A DNA stretch of 64,000 bases from an archaeon (GTDB lineage: Archaea; Asgardarchaeota; Thorarchaeia; Thorarchaeales; Thorarchaeaceae), in the NCBI GenBank assembly GCA_024275415.1, contig JAJRZD010000035.1:559-64558 (forward strand), written 5' to 3'. Position 1 is the first letter of the stretch; each line of letters opens with the position of its first letter. The notes below the pieces were generated by a model. It did no database searches. It was given only the letters and a program-made list of their open reading frames with translations, and had not been told where the DNA came from. Positions 18,608 to 29,270 of this stretch are shown here, piece after piece. Made by a program: the position numbers and the translations under genes.

Positions 18608-19315
18608 TCATCGCATCTTCCTGTCGTAGAGGCCCCACGCTTCCCGCGTGAGGTCTTTCACCTCATCGAGACTCACCGCCGATACCAATGCTACATCGAT
18701 AACCTTGGATTCCCCAACATCGATGTCGCCTAGGTTACACTGAAGCCCCACGACAATGTCGCGAGGTCCCATCTCGAGAACATCAGTAAGGTCGCGCCGA
18801 GTAGAGTCAACGACCATCTTTACCGGAGTCGAGATTCCCCCTTTGTCTGGGGGCTGTCTTGATGTCAGCCGTGCAAAGAGAAGATTCTCATCCCATGCGG
18901 TCATGGTGCCATGCTCAGGATCGTACTTTCCTAAGTCGTCCTTGTAGCTTTTTGGTCCTCCGATGTCGAAGTCCATCAAAAGGTAAGATCTTACGTCCTC
19001 AAAGGGCATACGTCCTGAATTCCTTATGCTGTGCCGCCAGAGAAGCATAGGTTTGTTCTTACTCCAAAGTGTATCTGTCAGGTTCACAAGTGGAGCACAA
19101 CCAAAATGATTGTACCCCATTGAAACAGTGACCGTTCCAGTTTCCGACTCTGAAGTGACGTTCATTTTGCTCATCGGTTCAGTAGCACCCACAGCATGAG
19201 GCTGTCCGTCATAGACAAAGGTCATCCAGAACCCTGCTTTGTAGTTCGCAGGATTCTGCAATAATATCCTGTCATACCCTTCGCGGTCAATCAAGCTCAG
19301 TCTCTTGATGTACAA
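18608..19315 (-). CDS. Hypothetical protein
   Basis: A 235-aa ORF with coding-like composition; no motif recognised. Confidence 0.4.
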   Translation of the reverse strand: MYIKRLSLIDREGYDRILLQNPANYKAGFWMTFVYDGQPHAVGATEPMSKMNVTSESETGTVTVSMGYNHFGCAPLVNLTDTLWSKNKPMLLWRHSIRNSGRMPFEDVRSYLLMDFDIGGPKSYKDDLGKYDPEHGTMTAWDENLLFARLTSRQPPDKGGISTPVKMVVDSTRRDLTDVLEMGPRDIVVGLQCNLGDIDVGESKVIDVALVSAVSLDEVKDLTREAWGLYDRKMR

Positions 19316-19571
19316 CCCGTTGCGTCCCTGTCCTCAAGATGCACATTCAAGGGAGTAGGCAATGTCGAGCCTCGGCCTTCTGTTTCCAGTTTCCAAGATT
19401 TCTGACATGACCGACCACTTTAGCCTCTGCAAAAAATGATACATCCACAGGCTGATATAAATTCTCGTAGTAGTGCATGAATTCCTATCCTGTAGATAGT
19501 TCAATGCCTCTTCTTTCAAAAGGTTGATAAACTCGCAATGATTTTCGGCTGTTATCGAGAGTGCCTTTCTG

Positions 19572-20810
19572 ATGAGAACTCTTACAATCCCTGAACTCGA
19601 GAAGTGGTATCGAAAGAACCTCACAAAGAAAAGCAAGGACTTCCTCAAGCATGCTGAGAAGAGTTACAAGACCGTGGAACAGGCTCTACGGGACATCAAA
19701 AGGGTAGCTGCCGAGCTGAAAGATGTCAGTGGCGAGACAGAAGCAAAGGAAGAGGGAACTGCCACTCGTTTTGCGAACAAGATTGATGGTATTGTTGCAG
19801 ATTTCGATGTGAAGAAGGATATAACCTATGCGAGTACTGAAGCCATGCAGTCTGAAATTCAGTATCTTATCCAAGAGATTTGGGGTGCAGGTGCTCGATG
19901 GATCCGGCGGATGGACAAGAAATACAAGAACATCATCAAATCACTGGATGTCTACATGAAGGAACTAGCTAGCGAAATGAAGAAGATCTCCAAGTTGCTT
20001 TACGAGTATGGCTGGATTAAGGACTTGGAACGTATCGGAACTCGTATCGAAACCATGCGCGAGATTACTTATGGCACTGAGGCATATGAGGAACAAGTCA
20101 GGACTATCCGGATGAAGATTAAGCAAGCCCAAGAAGAGTATCTGAAGAAGAAATCAGAGTTCGATACTTTTAGGGAGCAGTCCAATGTTTCCGAATTGCT
20201 ATCACTGGATGAAGAACTTGAACGCATTTCCAGCCTACTTCGGATGAAATTGAACACCTTGAGGAAAACTGTGAAGAAGTTCAATCAGGCCAATACGGGA
20301 ATTCGGATATCCCCCGCTGGCCAAAAAGCACTAACGGAGTACTTCGAGGATCCATACGTTGCAATCGTTTCCGAATCTGAAGGGTATCCCGATCTCATCG
20401 AGGGATTGGACGGGCTCAAGAAGGCTATTGAAAGTGGTGCATTGAAACTGAAGGATCGATTGGCTCGAAGATCCCTGGAGGAGATAGATCTGATCGCCAA
20501 TGGTTCACTCCGCGACCTACAGGCGAAAGCGAAAGACATTGAGGACAAGCGGACAAAATATGCAGGCTCTGATGTCTACGCGAAGAACAAGGAACTGCAG
20601 GCTGCTGTTGACGAAGCCAAGAAGAATTTGGACTATCATAAGAATGACCTCCTTCGTGTTGCAGACGATATAAAGAGGGAAATCGAAAAATTTGAGGATT
20701 TCAAGTCCCGTGTTGAAACCGAGATCAATGAGGCTTTCGACGAGAAGATCTCAATCAAAGTAGAGAAGCTTGAACTGATTCCATTGCTGGAAAAATGCAA
20801 GGTTGATTAG
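19572..20810 (+). CDS. Coiled-coil protein (K/E-rich), unknown function
   Basis: 412 aa, heptad-like K/E/L-rich sequence throughout; no enzymatic motif. Confidence 0.5.
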   Translation: MRTLTIPELEKWYRKNLTKKSKDFLKHAEKSYKTVEQALRDIKRVAAELKDVSGETEAKEEGTATRFANKIDGIVADFDVKKDITYASTEAMQSEIQYLIQEIWGAGARWIRRMDKKYKNIIKSLDVYMKELASEMKKISKLLYEYGWIKDLERIGTRIETMREITYGTEAYEEQVRTIRMKIKQAQEEYLKKKSEFDTFREQSNVSELLSLDEELERISSLLRMKLNTLRKTVKKFNQANTGIRISPAGQKALTEYFEDPYVAIVSESEGYPDLIEGLDGLKKAIESGALKLKDRLARRSLEEIDLIANGSLRDLQAKAKDIEDKRTKYAGSDVYAKNKELQAAVDEAKKNLDYHKNDLLRVADDIKREIEKFEDFKSRVETEINEAFDEKISIKVEKLELIPLLEKCKVD

Positions 20811-20816
20811 CCCCCA

Positions 20817-21656
20817 TTGAGGTTGGTTCATGTGAGAGTACTTGTAACATCAAGTCACGACCCTGCTAGTTTGAACATCAAGCAAATCCTTGTCGAGGAA
20901 CACCAGTTCATAGAAACCTCTGACATGTTTGATGGGTTTCCAGTCTTCGTAGATGATAACGGTACATACCTCGTCACATCCTCTCGGGATTTGATTGCGA
21001 CCAACCATCTTGAGTCACAGGTTCCCGCAGAGGCGTACATCTTCTGTTCCCGTCACAGGGCAGAATCAGGGAAGCCCGCATTGCTGGTACACAGCACAGG
21101 CAACCTTGGTCCAGAAGCGGCGTTCGGTGGTGACCCTTGTTCCCTTTCAGTGGCATCTGGTTCTCTTGTTTCTGTTGCCCTGAAGACACTTGCAGTGGAG
21201 AAGGCTGAAAGAAACCTTGAGGAATTCGATGTCACAATGGAAGCGACACATCATGGTCCTACGAGTATGGACACACCTTTAATCTTTGTAGAGCTTGGTA
21301 GTACCGAAGAATATTGGCAGCACAAGGAGGGATCTAGAGCAGTCGCTGCAGCTGCACTTCAATGTGCTCAAGCGCCATTCGAAGAGAGCTGCTACATCGG
21401 TTTTGGTGGCACTCATTATGTGTCGAAGTTCAATAAGATTGTACTAGAAAAGAATGTGCGGTTGGGACATATCGCTCCAAAATACGCCCTTGATCATATC
21501 ACCAAAGAAATCGTTCAGAAAATGGTGGAACGCTCGAAGGAACGCATTACGGGTGCTATCATCGACTGGAAAGGGACAAACCAACAGCAACGAGAACGTT
21601 TGCTGCCAATTTTGCAAGAACTCGCAATCGACCTTTTCAGATCCAAGAGATTTTGA
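20817..21656 (+). CDS. dtdA: D-aminoacyl-tRNA deacylase, archaeal DtdA type (DUF516-like)
   Basis: An N-terminal 'VLVTSSHDPASLNI', then 'ATHHGPT' and 'GFGGTHY' patterns that I recall as DtdA signatures. The ~279-aa size fits. Confidence 0.5.
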   Translation: MRLVHVRVLVTSSHDPASLNIKQILVEEHQFIETSDMFDGFPVFVDDNGTYLVTSSRDLIATNHLESQVPAEAYIFCSRHRAESGKPALLVHSTGNLGPEAAFGGDPCSLSVASGSLVSVALKTLAVEKAERNLEEFDVTMEATHHGPTSMDTPLIFVELGSTEEYWQHKEGSRAVAAAALQCAQAPFEESCYIGFGGTHYVSKFNKIVLEKNVRLGHIAPKYALDHITKEIVQKMVERSKERITGAIIDWKGTNQQQRERLLPILQELAIDLFRSKRF

Positions 21657-21764
21657 GATACACTATCTCGCTCTGCAATCAGCTCTTTTTATATCCCAGA
21701 AAAGCTAAAAACAAGCAGACATTCCCATTCTGTCTGATTACATCTACAATGGGGAGCATCAGTT

Positions 21765-22847
21765 ATGTCTTCAGAAAATGACTTTTCGCTTGTGAAGGAA
21801 CTAGAGAAAAAGGTCGAAACCCTGACAAAAGAGCTCGAAACGCATACTGAGAAACTAGCAGCTCTTGACAAAATTCACGAATTATCCAAGAAGATTGATG
21901 CTCTTGCAAATGATTTGGAATCCATTAAGACCAAGGTTGATGATCAGACCAAACTCGAAGAGATTGCAAAGTCTATTGAAGAAAAGGATGTGGATGGGCT
22001 CTCATCAAAGATTGACAACCTCGCCTCAAATCTTGACAGCCTCTCATCAAAGCTTGGAGAAGTAGAGGCAAGTGTTACGACAATGAGGGACTCGAAAGAA
22101 ACGGAGGTTCTGTTCAAGAAACTGGATGACATCCTTATCGCTGTGACAGACCTGAATTCTGTGGTGGACGAATCACTGTCTTCCAGTAAGAGTAGCCTGA
22201 TTGATGAGAAGATAGAGAGCATCTCCAAGTCCACTATGGATATTGCTAGCAGCGTCGACCAGTTGCGGGAAAGTAGCAATACAGAAGTGTTAGGCAAGAA
22301 GATTGATGATTTGCAACACTACGTTGCAGGTCTGTCGGTATTAGAGGAAAAAGTCGGTGAAATCTCCTCGTCATATGCTGAAACCAAGGAAATAGTAGGG
22401 ATAATTGTTCGGCAACTTGATGACATTGAACGCAAGTATAACAAAGCCCTCGATGAGATTGGGCAAGCCATGGAATCGGTCAGGTCTCTTGTTGAAGGAA
22501 GGGTGATGCCAGTATCTGAAACCCCGAAAAAGTCTCCGAAGAAACCTTCTACCAAAGAACCTAAGCCAAAGATTGATGCAGCCACCGTCGATGGGCTAAT
22601 GAATGCTCTTTTGAAAAAGGTCAAGCCACAAACTGAGGCTAAAGAGATGGCAAAGGCTTTGGAGGAAGTCCGAGACAAGCTCACCACAATGATTAAAACT
22701 CACTCTCCAGTCTTCCATCAGTTTGGAACTCGTGCACGAGAACTCAAATCATACCCTCCAACTGCTACACTGAATGAAAATGACATCGCTAGGCTCAACA
22801 AGGATCTCCGTGACTGGACCGCCAAGCTCAAAAAGCTTGCAAGTTAG
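21765..22847 (+). CDS. Coiled-coil protein with internal ~30-60-aa repeats
   Basis: Repeats of '(R)(D/E)S(K/S)(E/N)TEVL(F/G)KK(L/I)DD' and 'S(K/S)KID(A/N)LA(N/S)(D/N)L(E/D)S'. K/P-rich linker near the C-terminus. Confidence 0.5.
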   Translation: MSSENDFSLVKELEKKVETLTKELETHTEKLAALDKIHELSKKIDALANDLESIKTKVDDQTKLEEIAKSIEEKDVDGLSSKIDNLASNLDSLSSKLGEVEASVTTMRDSKETEVLFKKLDDILIAVTDLNSVVDESLSSSKSSLIDEKIESISKSTMDIASSVDQLRESSNTEVLGKKIDDLQHYVAGLSVLEEKVGEISSSYAETKEIVGIIVRQLDDIERKYNKALDEIGQAMESVRSLVEGRVMPVSETPKKSPKKPSTKEPKPKIDAATVDGLMNALLKKVKPQTEAKEMAKALEEVRDKLTTMIKTHSPVFHQFGTRARELKSYPPTATLNENDIARLNKDLRDWTAKLKKLAS

Positions 22848-23035
22848 CAACGAAGCAAAACCCATTCTTTGGAAAAGCTGGTCAAACTATCACTGCCTGT
22901 TGAATACATTTATCTCATTCGAGTACAATCCTTCACATCGGCAACAATTCGTATGTTTCGACATCCGACGATGACGGGTGGCACTCGTACGAATGATAGC
23001 TTTCGTGCATCTTATCCCTGTGAGTTGATACTGAA

Positions 23036-23836
23036 ATGCATCTAACGAGTCACAACGATGATCTGGCCAACCGACTGAATCTCCTCTATCCTGACGCAGA
23101 TCGCCAGCTGGCAAAGGAACTCATGGAACTCCACGAGAACAAATGCAAACACTGTCAGGAGGATCGGCTGAGTTGTACTGTCCGTCCTGCCTGCAAGAAC
23201 CGTAATTTTCTCAATACTCTGATAGAGCTAGGAATTGAGGCACAGGATTTGCCAGCATTCTGCTATTCTGTCTATATCAATCAGATTGGACGCTACATCT
23301 CAGAACGAAAGGGCAGACCGATGACTGATAGACGCATTCTAATCAAGGATTTTCTAGCAACGCTGAAAGTCAGCTCGATACGACATTTCAATAGCAAATT
23401 CAAGAAGGAATGGAAGAACTACGTTTCAGTAACACAAAAGGATCAGATGATTGTCACAGGGAATAACATGCTCTTCCATTTTGATTTCTCAAGAGGAATT
23501 GTCCATGTTAATCCCGATAACGAACAGATTGACAGCTTTGACATCTTGAAACATTACACTGAGGTATTCTCACAGCTCTTCAAAGTGTCCGTGGATCTGC
23601 AAGAGATAACCACTAATTGGTGGGAACTCCTGCTCACTTTGAACGGAACGCCTGAGAAGAACAAGCTGGATGTTTTCCTCGGGAAGCTTCCTCGGGGAAT
23701 CACAAATCACAGCGTTGTGAAAGACAAGAATGCAACAAGAATTCTGCTTGAGGTATATGGGGATTGCCAGAGCAATCTCCTGACAGTAAAAGATGTGCGT
23801 GAGCTATTCAACTCCTTCAAGAGCATGGTCTCTTGA
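23036..23836 (+). CDS. Hypothetical protein
   Basis: 266 aa, immediately upstream of the giant coiled-coil gene. N-terminal Cys cluster (CKHCQEDRLSCTVRPAC). Confidence 0.45.
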   Translation: MHLTSHNDDLANRLNLLYPDADRQLAKELMELHENKCKHCQEDRLSCTVRPACKNRNFLNTLIELGIEAQDLPAFCYSVYINQIGRYISERKGRPMTDRRILIKDFLATLKVSSIRHFNSKFKKEWKNYVSVTQKDQMIVTGNNMLFHFDFSRGIVHVNPDNEQIDSFDILKHYTEVFSQLFKVSVDLQEITTNWWELLLTLNGTPEKNKLDVFLGKLPRGITNHSVVKDKNATRILLEVYGDCQSNLLTVKDVRELFNSFKSMVS

Positions 23837-23869
23837 AAATATATGTTAATCTAGATAATAACATAGGCG

Positions 23870-26800
23870 GTGTTAAGAGTGAGCAAGACTGTGCAAATCA
23901 GAGCAATCCCATTGCTGAAAGAAACCCTTTCCCTCTCAAAGAATGAAGCGACAGTATTACTACCAGTCATTCGTGGTGGTAACATGACGGTTGGAGCAAT
24001 CGCCACAGCTGTCAATCTGCCCATGAGCAAGGTGTCTACTGCGCTCAAGTCCCTTATCAAGAGAGGGCTTGTCGAGGAGATAGATGGTATATTGCCATTG
24101 TATCAAGCAAACCCTCCGATTCTTCCGATGGTTGACACACTTGAGGGCTTCGTATCTGATACTGAAAAAGTGATGACCAAGACAACGGCGACTGTCCAAA
24201 AGCTTCAGGAATCTATCGAGAAAACAGTAGGTGGGGTCACAAAGACGAATGAGGAACGTTTCAATGCGCTCAATGAAGCCTTTGAGGAATACGAAACCGA
24301 AGTAGCCTCCAAGGTTCAGTCACACGTTGCTACTATGACCGGTATCGCATCAGATGTCCTTGCACAGTATTCGCAAAAGATACAAGGCGTCCTAGAATCG
24401 CTGAATGTTTCTGTCGAGGATAGCATTGGCGAACGACTTACAGTCCTTCAGAAGGAGTTGGATGATAGTCAAAAACAACTTGCAAAAGATACAAAGAGGA
24501 TTCTGGGTGACTTCGAGAATTGGCTTCTTCATGAAAAGGCATCAGCGGTTTCATCAGTCACTGACGCACGCGAGAGATCACAGAAGTTGCTCGATGCTAC
24601 AAAGAGCGTGCTTGAAGAATCCTTACGAAGTTCTGAGAATGCCCTTTTGGACAGTATTGATAATATTTCCACATTGCTGGGGACAAAGGCACTTGAGGTG
24701 TCTAATCAAATATCTGAAATGCTCTCCGAACTTGCCGAATCATTGAAACAGAAAAGTCTTAACTTTGTCACTACTGCGAGTCAGAACCTGTTAGCTGCCA
24801 GAAAATCAATTTCCGACACCGCCGCGGAAGCAAGGGACAGCACAGAATCCCAGGCTGAAAGCACACAGAAACGATTCGATGACGCTGTAGCCTCGACCGA
24901 AGCTTTCACAGAAGCGATAGCACTCTGGAAAGAGGAAGTCACCAATTACATGAACTCGGCATCGGGTTCGGTTCTTGCCCAGCTTGAACAGCTGAGCTCG
25001 TCAGAGAAGGCATTCCTTGAAGTAATTCGTTCGTCACTCACCGGGCACCTTGAAAAAACGAGTGCTTCGATTGGTGAGGAATACAAGGCTGTAAGGTCTC
25101 TCGCGAGAAATCTTACCGCAGATACCGACTCGCTCATGAGCGAAGCCCGAGCCTCCGTTCTTGAGCTTCTACAAAATGAAGTATTAGAGAACAAGAACCG
25201 TCTTCAGAAAGCAAATGAGATGTTATTCAATGACATCTCTGTTTGGAATGAAAAGACAACAAAGGCGATCGATAAGAAGATCATGTCTACTGTAAAGGAA
25301 ATCACCAATGTCCTTGATACCGAAACATCCGAATTGAATGCATTGACTGATAACATCTCGAGCCGTCTAAAGTCGTCCATCTCAAGCATCGTAACCACAA
25401 CCGAAACCAAGAATGAAGCGGTATTGTCTGATATTCGACGAATCGCGAATGCCTATGAATCAGGTATTGAGAAAAAACTACGTGAGATATCAAACAGGCA
25501 TGTCACTGCAATCCAAGAACAGGTGCAGGATGCAAAAACACTCTATGAGAGCTTGAATAAGCGATTGAATGAGCGTCTTAGCGAGAGCATAGCAGTTTTG
25601 AACTCGAAAATAGCTCGTGCGCAAAAGGAGATTGACTCCAGTATTGTAGAACAGGTCGAACGTATCGAAACGCATGCCAATGATATGCGTGCTGATTTCC
25701 ATGCCCGTGTTGAGGAAATCACCCAGCAGTTCATCTCAGTGACTCAAACCATCGAGTCAACATTCAACGGGCTTATAGCCAGTCAGGTTGTCGAAGCCAA
25801 AGACCTGATTGCATCCGCTCACACTGAGTTCAAGACCTCGATGAAATCGGAGATGGAATCGTTGGACAGCGATTCTATCAAGTTACAACAAGAGTTCGCA
25901 TCCGAGATTGGCATGCGGATTGACACCGTTACAGAATCCAGCACATCTCTAAAGCGCACACTGGACGATTTCATATCCGAAAAGAAAGTCGAAATCAGTA
26001 AACACATGGAAGTAGCATTATCAGAAATCGAAACCTCTTTATCGGGTGCACAAGAAAGCTTGGCAAATATTGAGGGCATTACTATAAAGCAGTTTACCGA
26101 CGACGTCCGCAGGTTGTCACACGAATTCTCGACATCTGTGACGGGTGCACGAGATAACATAAGTGAGCGATTGAGAGTGTTGTCCCGTGAAACCGCTGAT
26201 ATCCTTGCCAAGAACGCGGCAAATGTCAAGACCACTGTAGATGCCTATCTCTCAGAAGAAACGGAATCCATGCAACGAGTTCTTGGAGAAACCAGCACAA
26301 AGCTGGATCGGTTAGCCGCCGCCAATATCAGGAAGACGACTGAACAAGTCGAGGCGTTCTATGAGAAAATCGAATCAACCCAAACGACAACATTGGCTGA
26401 GCGAGTGAAGGCAAAGGATGAGTTGATGTCGATCATGGAAGAGCGCAGAAAGGAGAACATATTGGCATTCGATGCAGCATTGGTCTGGATCGATTCTGCA
26501 ACTGATAATGTTTCGACCACATTGGAAACACTGGGCTCGAAGTTGAGTTCTGAGGTTATTCACCTCCAACAAGGATTAAGAAAATCCGCCGATGGTGCAT
26601 TGAACGTTTTCAGAGAACGTGCGCAATCTCAAGTTTCCCAGTTGGAAGAAATCGGGAATTCTCTAATTGAACACATCGAGAAGACACTACAATCAACATC
26701 GACAGACCTCAGCGAGTCTAGTGTGGCTACTGTGAATGGAGCAATCGATTCCCTAGAAACATTGCCTGACAGGGTGAAACAGGAAATCCATCAGATAGGA

Positions 26801-27772
26801 AACGATGCTTTGGCGGAAAGCAAATCCCAACTACAAAAGGTAGAGGCTTCTTGGAATGATAAACTACTGGCGTTAGAGACCTCGACAAGTGCAACATTTG
26901 ATGAGGTCGATACTCTTTTGGAACGAGTGAATGAAAAAGTAACAATGGAGCAGACTAGGGTTGTAGAGCAGATACAGCAGGCCGCCATCATCTCAAACCA
27001 ACACGCAACAAGGAGATTCGAATCTGTAGGTATCGACCTAAAGGCTGTATTGAGCAGCTCGACTTTCGAGCTCATTGAGAATATGTCTTCAGATGTGAAT
27101 GTGTCTACATCTCTTCTTCAAGAACAGCAAAGCACATGCTTTGAAGACATCACGGCTGCAACAGGCGCCCTTCGACAAACAAGAGCAGAGATGCTCAAGG
27201 CCATAACCAATGAAACAAACGAATCCCTTGGATCATGGGCAAACCAGGCCCGTGATTCGAATATGAAGTTGAGATCGATAATCCAAGACATGAATGCAGC
27301 GGTGATTGAAGCGGCACGGATCACAGCGAGGATGCTGATGGCAATATCCAACTCCTCAAAGGAGATACAGCATCTGCCGTCCGAGAACACATGGTATCTT
27401 ACGGGCAAAGATGAGGTCTGCGCACATATCCACGATATGTCCATGAGAGCAACGAAATCAATCTTGATATCCACACCGGATTTGGACTGTCTAGATCTAA
27501 AGAAGCTTGCAAAAGTAAAAACCCCAATCAGGCGGATCATTGTAATCCCACAATCTGAAGAGAGGAACCCTGATCTTGATTTGCTGAATGGATGGCGAAT
27601 CTGGGAGCTGCCTGACCCAGTCCTGCTTGCACTGGCTGATGATACCGAGATACTGATTGGAGGTCAATCATCTCTCGATGCGCCTCTCTGCATAGTATCA
27701 AGAAACGAATCATACCTCCGGCTCTTCAAGGAGGTCATCGGTCCGAAGATTGTGGCAGAGGCACAAAAATAA
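23870..27772 (+). CDS. Giant (1300-aa) protein with an N-terminal TrmB/MarR-type wHTH, a ~1000-aa coiled-coil and a C-terminal globular domain
   Basis: N-terminus 'LLPVIRGGNMTVGAIATAVNLPMSKVSTALKSLIKRGLVEEI' is an HTH_TrmB-like winged helix. The interior is uninterrupted S/E/L/K/T-rich coiled-coil. The last ~150 aa are non-repetitive (WYLTGKDEVCAHIHD...RIIVIPQSEE...ILIGGQSS). Confidence 0.6.
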   Translation: MLRVSKTVQIRAIPLLKETLSLSKNEATVLLPVIRGGNMTVGAIATAVNLPMSKVSTALKSLIKRGLVEEIDGILPLYQANPPILPMVDTLEGFVSDTEKVMTKTTATVQKLQESIEKTVGGVTKTNEERFNALNEAFEEYETEVASKVQSHVATMTGIASDVLAQYSQKIQGVLESLNVSVEDSIGERLTVLQKELDDSQKQLAKDTKRILGDFENWLLHEKASAVSSVTDARERSQKLLDATKSVLEESLRSSENALLDSIDNISTLLGTKALEVSNQISEMLSELAESLKQKSLNFVTTASQNLLAARKSISDTAAEARDSTESQAESTQKRFDDAVASTEAFTEAIALWKEEVTNYMNSASGSVLAQLEQLSSSEKAFLEVIRSSLTGHLEKTSASIGEEYKAVRSLARNLTADTDSLMSEARASVLELLQNEVLENKNRLQKANEMLFNDISVWNEKTTKAIDKKIMSTVKEITNVLDTETSELNALTDNISSRLKSSISSIVTTTETKNEAVLSDIRRIANAYESGIEKKLREISNRHVTAIQEQVQDAKTLYESLNKRLNERLSESIAVLNSKIARAQKEIDSSIVEQVERIETHANDMRADFHARVEEITQQFISVTQTIESTFNGLIASQVVEAKDLIASAHTEFKTSMKSEMESLDSDSIKLQQEFASEIGMRIDTVTESSTSLKRTLDDFISEKKVEISKHMEVALSEIETSLSGAQESLANIEGITIKQFTDDVRRLSHEFSTSVTGARDNISERLRVLSRETADILAKNAANVKTTVDAYLSEETESMQRVLGETSTKLDRLAAANIRKTTEQVEAFYEKIESTQTTTLAERVKAKDELMSIMEERRKENILAFDAALVWIDSATDNVSTTLETLGSKLSSEVIHLQQGLRKSADGALNVFRERAQSQVSQLEEIGNSLIEHIEKTLQSTSTDLSESSVATVNGAIDSLETLPDRVKQEIHQIGNDALAESKSQLQKVEASWNDKLLALETSTSATFDEVDTLLERVNEKVTMEQTRVVEQIQQAAIISNQHATRRFESVGIDLKAVLSSSTFELIENMSSDVNVSTSLLQEQQSTCFEDITAATGALRQTRAEMLKAITNETNESLGSWANQARDSNMKLRSIIQDMNAAVIEAARITARMLMAISNSSKEIQHLPSENTWYLTGKDEVCAHIHDMSMRATKSILISTPDLDCLDLKKLAKVKTPIRRIIVIPQSEERNPDLDLLNGWRIWELPDPVLLALADDTEILIGGQSSLDAPLCIVSRNESYLRLFKEVIGPKIVAEAQK

Positions 27773-27773
27773 A

Positions 27774-28232
27774 TCACAGAGCCATCTCATAGATGATGGC
27801 ATCTTCATCAACATAGTATCTCACAGACCTATCGACCGGACGAAAGCCGTTCTTCTCATAGAATGACCGTGCGCTATGGTTACTCTCTCGGACCTCTAGG
27901 AAATACCTCTTGGCCCCATTACGCCTCAGTGAGTTCTCCACATAGTCTAGTAACTCGGTGCCATTACCTTGCCTTCGATGGTGTTCGTCAATTGCGATGT
28001 TCAGGAGATGTCCCGCCTGTGTTTCCGAATCATATTCCCATACTGCATAGCCTATGATGTGCCCCTCATGCTCATAGACCACCATTCTGATGATTTTCTC
28101 CCCATCAATAATGCTCCCTCCGGCCAGCGCAAACATCATGAACAACGAGTATGGCCAAGGACGCAGAAAGGACTCCTGTTCAACCTTTAGGATATCTGCT
28201 ACGTCCATCAAACTTACTTTTCGTATGGACAT
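27774..28232 (-). CDS. rimI: GNAT N-acetyltransferase, RimI-like
   Basis: 'HRRQGNGTELLDYVENSLRRNGAKRYFLEVRESNHSARSFYEKNGF' carries the acetyl-CoA binding motif A (Q/RxxGxG/A). Confidence 0.8.
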   Translation of the reverse strand: MSIRKVSLMDVADILKVEQESFLRPWPYSLFMMFALAGGSIIDGEKIIRMVVYEHEGHIIGYAVWEYDSETQAGHLLNIAIDEHHRRQGNGTELLDYVENSLRRNGAKRYFLEVRESNHSARSFYEKNGFRPVDRSVRYYVDEDAIIYEMAL

Positions 28233-28241
28233 TTTCTCTCC

Positions 28242-28625
28242 CTATTCCCCATAATCCCCACTATATGCATCAAACTCATAACCAGTGGTCTTTGTGCCAC
28301 AACGTGGACAGTATGCGTAGCCGCTAGGGGTTTGCACCTGACAGTGTGGACACCATGTAGGTTTTCTATTAGACCCTTTTTCGATATTAACAATAGGTCG
28401 AAGCGCGAATAACTGGAACAGACAAATTGCAGTGAATGCGAGTATGGCTATCATAACTACTGGCGCACTTGCATTGCCAAAGAAGAAGAATGGGAACACA
28501 AAGACGAAGAATTCTGTACTCCCCGAAGACGCTGCAAGGAGTACAATCCCCACTATGATCAAGAATACACCGGCAACTATTGTAACTTCACTTTTTCGCA
28601 TCATGTTACCCTGTCCTCTCATCAA
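28242..28625 (-). CDS. Membrane protein with a C-terminal zinc ribbon
   Basis: Two hydrophobic helices, then 'WCPHCQVQTPSGYAYCPRCG'. Confidence 0.5.
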   Translation of the reverse strand: MMRGQGNMMRKSEVTIVAGVFLIIVGIVLLAASSGSTEFFVFVFPFFFFGNASAPVVMIAILAFTAICLFQLFALRPIVNIEKGSNRKPTWCPHCQVQTPSGYAYCPRCGTKTTGYEFDAYSGDYGE

Positions 28626-28833
28626 ATACCTAACAACTTCTATAGGTGGGACTCATACTCACAAAACTTATTCATCAATGTGAGTAATGACTATTGTTCT
28701 ATAGGCACATTGCCTAGTTAAATGAACGGGGGACTGGTGAATCATTCCCGACGACAATAACGAGAATGGAACTGACGACTCGAAGGACAAATATCTTTTC
28801 AAAGTAGCAGTCATCGGGCCCGATGACCAGTTA

Positions 28834-29205
28834 TTGGAACAGGTTCTTTCAATTGTGAATGAAGCGGCACTCTCTGTTGACGGTGTCCGTATTGGGATTG
28901 CCAAGATGGATGACGAGGACTCGCGTGTCCAAGCAGTCACATGGTCGCCCCAAAGTTCCGCGTTGGACATTCTTCTGTGTATGACTTTTGCCGGCACAAG
29001 TGCTGCTGTTATCGTCATGCCCGAAGCTGATCCAATACTCGAAACGTCATATCGCAATGAAATACGTATGCATCTAGGAATCGGCACACCTACCCGGCTT
29101 CTTCTAGTCGAAACCGAAATCGACGAGTCAAAACGAACTGAAATCATGGATGTGTTTCAGGATCTGTACAAGGAGCTGCTCGAGAAAAGGGCGCGCTCAA
29201 AATAA
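28834..29205 (+). CDS. Small Ras-like-GTPase-fold protein with degenerate G motifs (possible pseudo-GTPase)
   Basis: The frame is open from 28741 with no ATG/GTG; the listed start is TTG 28834. The upstream in-frame peptide 'KYLFKVAVIGPDDQ' looks like G1 beta-1 without GKS/T. 'VQAVTWSPQSS' parallels the DTAGQE switch II. 'LLLVETEID' parallels the NKxD strand. Confidence 0.35.
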   Translation: MEQVLSIVNEAALSVDGVRIGIAKMDDEDSRVQAVTWSPQSSALDILLCMTFAGTSAAVIVMPEADPILETSYRNEIRMHLGIGTPTRLLLVETEIDESKRTEIMDVFQDLYKELLEKRARSK

Positions 29206-29270
29206 CATAATCCCCCTATGATGGAAAGCCTTTTCTCATTATCTTCACCTGCGAAACTTGGTGCCTTCTA

